This document shows, one piece after another, positions 55,217-64,000 of a stretch of DNA of 64,000 nt (positions are counted from its first letter, which is position 1; every line of letters begins with the position of its first letter). The notes under the pieces are model-generated. The model was not told the origin of the DNA. It saw nothing but the letters and a program-made list of their open reading frames with translations, and did no database searches. The DNA is from Gonapodya sp. JEL0774. Taxonomy: Eukaryota. The translations under genes were made by a program, and so were the position numbers. The stretch covers positions 62,001 through 126,000 of the forward strand of contig JADIIX010000055.1 in NCBI GenBank assembly GCA_027604505.1, given 5' to 3'.

Positions 55217-57503
55217 TTATAAAATTTCGTAGTGACCCAATCGGTACAAAAGAGCCTTGCCCCTGTCGTTTCCAACCGTCAGATATCCGCTACCCGGCGA
55301 GAACTCGTGACTGGTCACGTGCCCTAATGGGGTTCCAAATGTCGGCCAGTTTTGGAACACAGTCCGCGATGCAACATGAAGAACACGAAAAGAGTCCTTT
55401 TTGGTGCGAGATGAGATTGCAAGCATTTCCGAAGTTGGACTGAATGATAAACCGGATATAGAGGTTGTCAGGTTGCCGACAGCCTTGAGCGGTTGCGGTC
55501 GAGGATTTGCAAGGGCTGAGGATAAATTGTAGATATTCACGATGCCAGCATTGTTGCTGGGGGCACACAGAACACGCGGAATTGAGTTTTAGATCAACAA
55601 CAGAGTGGTAAGAAAACTCACCCAGTGGCGAGAACTTGATCGTTTGGGGATACCGCAATGCTCGTGGGCTTTATTGTTCCCTCATCTACAAAGGTGTGAA
55701 TGCATCGACGAGAGCCAACATCCCATGCGTAAACGACACCGTCACCTTGTCAAAAGGACGATCACAGTTGTTGGTCGCTACGAGAAACACTGATTCAACA
55801 CTCCCTAACACACCTCCAATCGAGAATATCCGCTTCCCGTCTGCGGAGAACTCGGCCGCGGCCACTGTCCCATTCATCTTCAAGTCTCCAATCCATTGCT
55901 TCGTTTTGCCGTCAACCAAAGTCAAATAACCGTCCCGACCCAAAATCATCATGAGTGGTTGATCTGCCACACCTCCCATTACAAAAGACTCCAGAGATCG
56001 GTCCGCTTCTCGGCCCTTGATTCCGGCGATACGCTCAACTTTCCCTGCCTCAACGTCGTAGGTATACAAGTGCCGTCGCCGACCAGTCGCAATAACCTCG
56101 CGACCGTGTCTGGAAAAGCGAGCGCACGTCACGGGAAGGTCAGGGAAAGTAACTGATTGTAATTTGTTGTTCAGCTTGCCATCAATATGAAACAGGTTGA
56201 GAGAGGGACTAGACGCCGAAGCGGTGAGAAGTATTGGGTGGGTCGGGTGCCACGATAGAGAGGAAATCGCACTCTGGAAGAGTTCTCGAGTTTTACGGCT
56301 TTTGATAGCCACATTCGACATTCATGTTCAAACTCACGTGAGAATACGCCATTTGATTCGCATCTTTAGCCCTAACAACCTCCAATATCTCAGGTGGAAG
56401 CACTCCGGCTCTCCTGCTAACCCTGTCTGCTACTAAGCTTTTGGAAGAAGAGAACAGTCTGACCTCTGCTGACTCCAATCCGTCCCCTTCGCTATCGGGG
56501 ACTGTGGAGTCGGTTCCGAAAGTAGGCAACCCCATCTTAGCACGAACCGCTTGTGGTAAAGCCCATGTGGGACGGGGGTGAAGTCGCTCGAATCTAATTA
56601 ATAGTCCGATGAAGCACGTTCAACCGCAATTGACGAACAAAACATTGGAATCGAGCGCTCACTGTTCCCGCAACCGCCTGGCGTACTCTACACCGTCAAT
56701 GACCGTCTCTCTCTCATTCTTTCTCAACTTTCGTGCCCGTTTTATATCTGCGATGTTGACGTGTAGACGCTCATCGTCTGGATCATGCCAAGCCGACTTC
56801 CGCTGTTGGCCCTTGTCGTTCTTGCTCACGGGTTCGCCCTTGTCCGCCTCGTCATCTTCATCGGAATTGGTATCAATGGTCATTAATCTGTCATGAACGT
56901 CCGTGTCCCTGTGGTCCGTCATTTCCTCATCAGAATCCGGATCAGCAACACCATTGGTGGGACGGGCATCAATAACAAAGCCCTAAAGTCCATCAATTGT
57001 AGTCAAAGCCACCAAAAAGGGCATTTAGGTCTTCACTTCTCCGACATCTATTCGTGCACCGCTCTGTAACCCACCAAAGCGTCGAAGTCACCCTTTGAGA
57101 ACTCATCTCCCTCTTCTGCATCAACTTTATCGCCCATGTCTGCCTCATCTTCACGATCCCCACTATCAAAACGTCTTTTAAGTCCGGAAGTCCGAGCATC
57201 TCCCGTCTCAAATTCCTTCCCCGCGAGAGCGAGGAAAGATTCCATCGCTCCCTCCGCCGCAGCGCCGAACACGGCTCGCTCCAGTTCAAGCTCCTCGGCA
57301 TCCTTCTCAAATCGCTCGTCTATTTCCCCATCAGCGTTCCGAGTCTCGGCCAGAAGTGTCGCGATCGAGGGAACTGTCGACGATTTCTTTGGTTTTCTCT
57401 TTCGCGTTTTCTTCGAAGCAGAGCCGCTTGAAGAGTGCGGTCTTAAAATAGAAGGTTTCGCCTTAAGTGCTGCCGGAATCGGAGTGGGGAGTAGCGTGGG
57501 CAT
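55217..57503 (-). CDS. UTP18: U3 snoRNP / SSU processome WD40 protein Utp18
   Basis: 'KDAEELELERAVFG', 'AWHDPDDE...RKLR...IDGVEYARRLREQ', 'KDAN', 'LFHIDGKLN', 'KAVGNLTTSI', 'TVFQNWPT..TPLGHV...FSPGSGYLTVGNDRGKALLYRL'. Confidence 0.92.
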
Positions 57504-57812
57504 CAAAGTTGAGTGGAGAGGATTTTTCGAGTTTTCTCTTTTGAAGATCAGCACCTCACGCCCTCCAACCCCTTTCACCACCAAAGATTATAGCAGTCTC
57601 AAGAGATGATACACAACATCTAGTGAAGTTCCTAGTAGTAAAATACATCCGCCCATGCCCTCAATTATGTACTTCTATATGTCTTTGTTCAGGAAACCAG
57701 TGAATTCAAACATGAAATCTACTTGTAATAGTATGCTGCCAGTGATTCTATATCAAGCAAATGTGGGGCTACCAATTCATCAACAAGGCCTGCTTAAATT
57801 GTGAATGCAAAT

Positions 57813-59492
57813 CTATCGTTTAAAGAGCATGAGGATGATGATCAGAGAGAGCACAAGAGTCCATAGTGCTCCTGGATGTCCAGCCATTTCCACCGCACTG
57901 CCTGGGCGTGATGTTGCCGTCGAAATTGAAGTTCCCGTAACGGTGGCGTTCGCAGGGAACTTGACTTGGGCACTTGGTGATCCAACCCACAATTCCACTG
58001 TTCCCACAGGTAGTGACACTTGTCCACCCAGACCAATGTTCTGAATCCCAATATTGGACAATGTCGCCACTCCATTCACAGTCTGGAGCCTTGTAACATT
58101 AAACTGGCCCGCCTGTTGTGGGAACCAGAACACGCTGGTGCTCGTTGCATCACCACCATTCGCAAACAAGACGGACCCAACGGCTGCATTGGATACTACC
58201 ACTCGCGATGAGTCGTAATACTGTTCAAAAGTCGTGGTTCCCACGGTAAGCACCCTAGAGAGCATCCACATGCCATGATATTGTGCGCCTATGACCACAC
58301 TGGATGTGTCCCCCGCTGTGTCAAAAGGAACCTGCATGAGACCCCAGTTGGAGTTGCTCCCTTGGTTCTCCACAGCTTGCCAGTAGACCCAGCTTGCTGT
58401 TTTTAGCGTCACGACGTCTCGCACAATATGCCGAATGAGCCCAAAAGCGTGGCTCGCCACACTTTGTATGTCAGAGGACCCAAAGTTACCGCCAAACGTG
58501 AATTCCGACATGACGATTTTACGAGCACCACCAGTCGATGTGGCTTGGAAGGAGCTTACGAGGTTCGCTCGGATATCATCCGTGTCTTGGGAGGCAGCAA
58601 CAGCGTCTACCAGAGTGCCATTGGAGAATTGGTTGGCAGTGTAGGTGTGTACGTTGAGGAGCTGCGAGAATCAAAGAGCTGTTTGGACACTCCGGGAGTA
58701 GAGCACGCTTCTCAAGTGATTTCACTTACGTCTCCGTAACTCAGAAAGTAAGAGCTAGCGATTGCTGCACCAGGATTGTTCTCGTCCGCGAGAGCGAGCT
58801 TCACGCCTGTTCCTGACCTCGAAAGAAGTGCCTTGAGTCCAGTTGCGAGAGCGATGCGATTATCTTTGCCCCAGAAACAGCCCTCTTGGTTATTTCCTTG
58901 CACCTTTCGCAAAACAATTGGATGGGGTCGGCGGTGTGTGAAAAACAAATAGACATGCAAATCTCTTGCCCGAGAACGTTCTCACCCAAACAACTTCTGA
59001 GGGCTCATTTATAGGGCTCAGCGTCTCCACGGGAACACCAGAGGATATCAGGAATTGGACTGAGTTCATGAGGAACTGGGCAAAAGGTTGCACGTTTGTG
59101 GCGGTGATGCAGTCGGTCAGGGATTTGGATGCGCCAGCGGAGGATCCACTGATGGTGAGGTTTTGGGGCGGAGAGTTCGAAAACGCTTCTATATGCAGAG
59201 GCAGTCCTGAGCGCAATGCTACTATTCTTTGCACGACTGAGAGTTGTGGACTTCCAGCAGCATCGGCAGGGACATTTGCCCCAGCTCTAAAATTTGGGTT
59301 CTTGGTAGCGTCCTGCGTTCCACCAATGTTGAAGCGCGCGATTGAGAAATTGACTCCGGAAGGTGAGTAGAGGAGTTGCAATAGGTAATCTAGAGCTGGC
59401 TGTTGAATTCCTGCGTTGGCCCACCATGCGAGGGCAGTACCGAAACCCTCGAAAGGGAAGGTCAATGAGACTGTGGTGACGTTGACAGACAT
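57813..59492 (-). CDS. Glycoside hydrolase family 30 (endo-beta-1,6-galactanase-like) with hydrophobic C-terminal tail
   Basis: 'FEGFGTALAWWAN', 'IARFNIGG', 'EAFSNSPP', acid/base 'INEP', 'QEGC', 'NVHTY', nucleophile 'MSEF', 'WVYWQAVE', 'WGL'. Two introns. Confidence 0.82.
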
Positions 59493-59759
59493 CTCGAGAT
59501 AGGAAAGCAGCGATGGGAGATGACGGCAAAAGCCCCGGCTGGGACAGGACAAAGGGCTGATATCTGAAGCTAAAGAGGAACCTCTATGTTGGCGAAGGCG
59601 ATTCTCCCGCTCAGTTGATGATCAAGAGTTCCAATCACTTCGAAAAATCCAGAACTTTAGACTCTGAGAATGCACCAGTAATCAGTGAAGTTGGTTTGGG
59701 TGGACAGGATGCACACAAAGTAATCGCTTCACAATTCCAGACTTGTTCAAATCTCCCAT

Positions 59760-61399
59760 ATGGCTCCATTCCTGAGTCAAAATCCCCCCTGTTCAACTTT
59801 GTATCTCTCGCGCGCCCCACTCGCTCTCCCCCAAAAACCCCTCCATGCCTCCATCAAAGCCCTCCACTTTATATCAAAAGTATGTTTCAGATTCTTCGCC
59901 AAAACGTTCTTTCCTAGTTTTCACCACCGCCACCAAACAAAGCTGCAGGTGTTTGTACCAGGATCTCCAGATCTTGGTGCAGACTTGCTGGCGCGTATGA
60001 GAACGGCGCTGCCCGATGAGTGCTGTTACAGCATCGCGGACGAGTGTTCGTTGAGTTCAATTTTGGAGCCCGAATTTCTGGACATGGTGGCCGATAAAGG
60101 TTTGTTCCAAGCAGCGCGATTAGTAACGATAAAGAAACCTGTTTTGAAGCTCGGGAGCAGGAATCGGCCGAATGACGGTTCTCAATTCTGGAACGTCGAC
60201 ATGGATTGATAATGCCTTCAAATTGAAATCAATGGCCACAAGGGTCCACCATTTCTTTGTACTCCACCTCTCTGTGTAACTTGCATCGGATTCTCTAACG
60301 ACGTGTGCCTGTACCCTGAATATCGTTCCCGTTCAGCAACACCGACACTTCTGGTCCACCCATTCCCTGGGTTCTACCTGTCCATTCATGATCGAACCTT
60401 GCATCTCCGTTTGCCACGTCCCATCTACCACTCAATGGGAGTCACTGGTCGGCGCTCAGAAGTTGGCAAACGCGGAGAGGAGTTTGTCATTGAGGTGGAG
60501 ATGGGGCGTGCATTCAAACCGGGGCTGAAGGTTTATGAAAGATTCAAAGAAGGGCTGGAGAGATGTTTGGATGGCAAGTACGGCATGGTTGGCGTGGCGT
60601 GGGACCAAGGTACTTGTGGGTTGGTATTCTCCACCAACCCCACCAACACCAACAAAGGTTCCCTGTACCATTTTGTTCAGCATCCTCTCGGACGAAGTCC
60701 GTTCCCTTCACACCGTCTCGCAGCGTTCCTCTCGACGTTCGACACATCCAACTCCCCGGCGTCGCCGTCCCCAACCTGGACCACACTTTCTATCACCCTG
60801 AGAAACTTGACGCAGAGTGGCGATACCGCGCTGCTTCAGTCCATGAGTGGATTGGTATGGTTTTTACCGGCTCTGATAGGTATGTGATCGAATGTGAGCT
60901 AATGGCGAATAGTTTTCGAGGTGTTCATCCCTTTCACGCTGCTCCCGCGTGCCGGTAGGGTTCGAGCTTTCGACACTCCCGATCCTTTCATTGCGGTGAT
61001 GTCTCCTCCAACGCCGTCCTCTCCACAGGAGGGGCACTTGTTCGAGATTGATGGGCTCGTCCCTGTTGCAGTGGCCATGCGGGTGCTGGACGTATTGTGG
61101 TGTGTATCTTGCAGCACGTCATCCTGCATAACTTGAAATGAATTTAATGTGGTCACTGTAATATGCTTATTTTGAATTCCAGCTCCTTCCCATCGACAAT
61201 TCCCCTTGTCGCCCTTGCTGTTCAGGGCCATCAATCTTCTCCTACTTCGTTTGCAGGATCAGAGCGAGAACCAAATGGAGGCCGTACGGGGTCACACGTG
61301 GCGGCGGTGATTGAGGGTGGTGAAGGTGATGGAAGGAGCACGGTGTGGTGGGAAGGTGTAGAAGGGGAGACTACATGGAGTGGTGCACTCAATAATTAA
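59760..61399 (+). CDS. RPP40: Ribonuclease P/MRP subunit Rpp40-like protein
   Basis: 'LSSILEPEFL', 'LHLRLPRPIYHSMGVTG', 'FVIEVEM...FKPGLKVYERFK', 'EWIGMV...SDR...DPFI' resemble the Ribonuc_P_40 family as I recall it. Divergent, and exon boundaries are approximate. Confidence 0.65.
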
Positions 61400-61506
61400 A
61401 CATTAAACGGACAAAAAAGTATCTTTATATTGACACATTGTTTTGGTGTGTCATGTTTATTGAGAGTGCCGAGTGCTTCTCGTCGCCGAGGGACCTTCGC
61501 TTTTTC

Positions 61507-64000
61507 ATGGCAGAACAGCCCCCACTACGTGACTCCATCAAGGTCATCGCACGGTTCAGACCCCTGTCGAAAAAGGAGCAAGAGTGAGCATCAATGGACA
61601 GCGAGTCCCGACTCAGAGATACGCCGCTCACCTTCACCGAATCACTGACCGCGCTTGCCTTAACCCCTGAAATCCATCCGTGCCGCTGCTCTGCAGTGAG
61701 GGCGGCTTGCTCTGTGCTAAGTTCCTGAGTGATGACAGCGTGCAGATTGAGGTACGTCTGCCATTTGAGCCGTCCTGGTTTTGGAGTGGAACGTCCGGGA
61801 CGGCCCTTCAGTACGATGCCATCCCCGATGAGCTCATCGTGATTCAAAATCATCGGTGATGCTCTTTTATGACGGTGGTAACGATGCAAAATAACGGGAA
61901 CGTGTTGGAATCGAGCGGCGATGGTGTTGGTTTGGCACATACCCATGGGTCTTACTTCAGAACCGATTACGGATCCGAGGCTCTTGAAAGTGATAACCTG
62001 GGTCCTATGTATTCGAAGGAATCTGGATTGTGGAGTTCTTCGCCTCTGAAAGGTGCATCGCGGTTTTCTGATCTAACGAACGTGATCTGCACCTATACGT
62101 AGACGCAATCTTCCTCCCGCGAGCCCATCGTCTTCTCCTCGGACCTCGTCCTTCCACCAACTACACCTCAAGCCACGGTTTTCAACCATGCAGCCTTGCC
62201 GATAGTACAGGATGTTATGCGTGGATACAATGGCACTCTGTTTGCATACGGACAAACAGGGGCTGGCAAAACTTACACGATGATGGGACCAGACATTGAC
62301 GGGAGCGAACGAGGTTTGGTTCCGAGAATTGTGGAAAGCGTATTCGGAACAATTGAGTCAAGTCCAGACTGGATGGAGTTCACAGTGAAGTGCAGTTATA
62401 TGGAGATATACATGGAGAAAATCAGGGACCTACTCAATCGTGAGTTTTCCATTCTTCAAGACGGATAATGAGAACTCCCGCCCTTAACGTTCCCGTTCCC
62501 CGTTCATTCACGCATCTCGTAATCGGACAATGTCAGCATCTTCTGATAGTCTGCCCATTCACGAAGAGAAAGGCCGCGGCGTGTATGTCAAAGGCCTCCT
62601 GGAGTGCTACGTCGGTGAGATTGGCGAGGTTTATGAAATCATGAGGAGAGGAATGACAAATAGGCAGACAGCTGAAACAAGTGAGTGGGAATCAACCTTG
62701 TCTCGGGGAAATTTTGGAAATTTTGGCGGACTCAGTCAGGGAGCAAACAATTTGCTCATTCGGCATCCATCTATCTCAGACATGAATGAGGCCTCTTCCA
62801 GGTCCCACTCCATTTTCCTCCTCACCATTACTCAAAGAAACATTCAAACTGGTGCGAATAAATCTGGCCGTTTGTATCTAGTTGATCTTGCAGGATCAGA
62901 GAAAGTGTCGAAGACTGGAGCCTCAGGTCAGGTTCTCGAGGAGGCGAAGAAGATCAACAAAAGTTTAAGTGCACTGGGTAATGTGATCAATGCGCTGACG
63001 GATGGGAAGGTAAGGACAGAAGACTTCGTTTGTGGGGGTTCGAGAGCCCCCTCAATGTCCAGAAATCGCAGTCTTCACACATCCCCTACCGAGATTCCAA
63101 ACTCACGCGTATTCTGCAAGAGTCACTTGGTGGAAACTCCAAGACCACGCTAATTACTTGCTGCTCGCCCTCCACTTCGAATGGTGACGAGACGATTTCT
63201 ACTTTACGATTCGGCACTCGCGCAAAATGCATTCAGAACCGAGCTCATGTCAACATCGAGATGAGTGTCGCTGAGCTCAAGCGAGTTGTAAAGGGCATGA
63301 AGGAGGAGTTGGAGCAGTTACGCGGTTACTCCACAGCATTGGAAGGGGAAGTGCATATTTGGCGTGGTGGTGGGTTGTGTTATCGAATCTTTGCAGTCAA
63401 AGTTGTTCTCATGTATATGCAACGAAGGTGGTAACGTTCCGTTGGAAAAGCAATTGCCTTCACGGGAGAAAGTGAAGGACATGCTCGCAGGTCTTCAAAA
63501 CGTCTCCCAGAATCCTTCATCACCGTCTAGTATTGCACCTCCGCGTCCTTCCTCTGCAGCCTCTGTCACAACTGCCGCCACCATACGTCCCACAACTCCT
63601 ACCTTTCTTGACGATGCCAATTTATCGATGTCGAGCCTTCCCACATTACCATCTGAAGCGGACGATATTTCGGACACACGAGAGAACGAACTTGCAGATC
63701 AGTTAGCCGATAAAGAGAGAGAACTGGAGACCGTACGACGTGAACTAGAGGAGCTTAAAACACGGACTGCCAATACCACTCCTGAAATCTCTGAAACTGA
63801 AAATGTCAACGGTGATGGGGAGAATGTAGAGGAAATGCGAGGCTACATCGAAAAACTTGAGTACGAGTTAAAAGAGCGGGATATTTTGATTGATGGATTG
63901 AGAGAGGCCAAAACTGAAATGGAAGATGAGATTGCTTCGCTGCTGGTAAGTCATCTGGGGAGTATTGTCAACCTAATAGCCAATCGCATATGTTTTTGTT
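61507..64000 (+). CDS. Kinesin-1 heavy chain (3' part outside the window)
   Basis: 'SIKVIARFRP', 'GYNGTLFAYGQTGAGKTYTM', 'SYMEIYMEKIRDLL', 'MNEASSRSHSIF', 'LVDLAGSEKV', 'INKSLSALGNVINALTDGK', 'HIPYRDSKLTRILQESLGGN', fungal neck 'SVAELK...LEGEVHIWRGG', then coiled coil. Confidence 0.95.

Overview
Intron-rich, gene-dense eukaryotic DNA with short GT-AG introns. The proteins look fungal, and I infer an early-diverging (chytrid-like) fungus. I can reconstruct about 22 spliced protein-coding genes: RasGEF (5' end outside the window), RNF121-type RING E3, proteasome alpha4/PRE6, mitochondrial SAM carrier PET8, a myristoylation-motif LRR protein, an FHA-CAMK kinase (Mek1/Chk2/Dun1-like), a MEI2-like two-RRM protein, KAE1, STK19, a STIMATE/TMEM110-like membrane protein, ubiquitin-RPL40, REV1, TAF7, an atypical kinase, GAL7, LHS1/HYOU1, malate synthase, CobW/ZNG1, ELP3, a cold-shock-domain protein built from microexons, UTP18, a GH30 glycoside hydrolase, RPP40 and kinesin-1 (3' end outside the window). 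The only large non-genic block (~22.0-26.4 kb) is AT-richer, strongly CpG-depleted and made of diverged repeats. It is flanked by C/G-homopolymer-rich DNA. The most unusual local signals are (1) an inverted copy of the RPL40 exon4/5' splice-site junction ~400 nt downstream of that gene, (2) hairpin repeats in the long RPL40 intron, (3) CpG-decay signatures between repeat copies, (4) the microexon-coded CSD and (5) a tightly packed co-oriented gene run containing two meiosis-type genes. Gene spans run from ATG to stop and include introns. They were worked out by eye, without any database searches.
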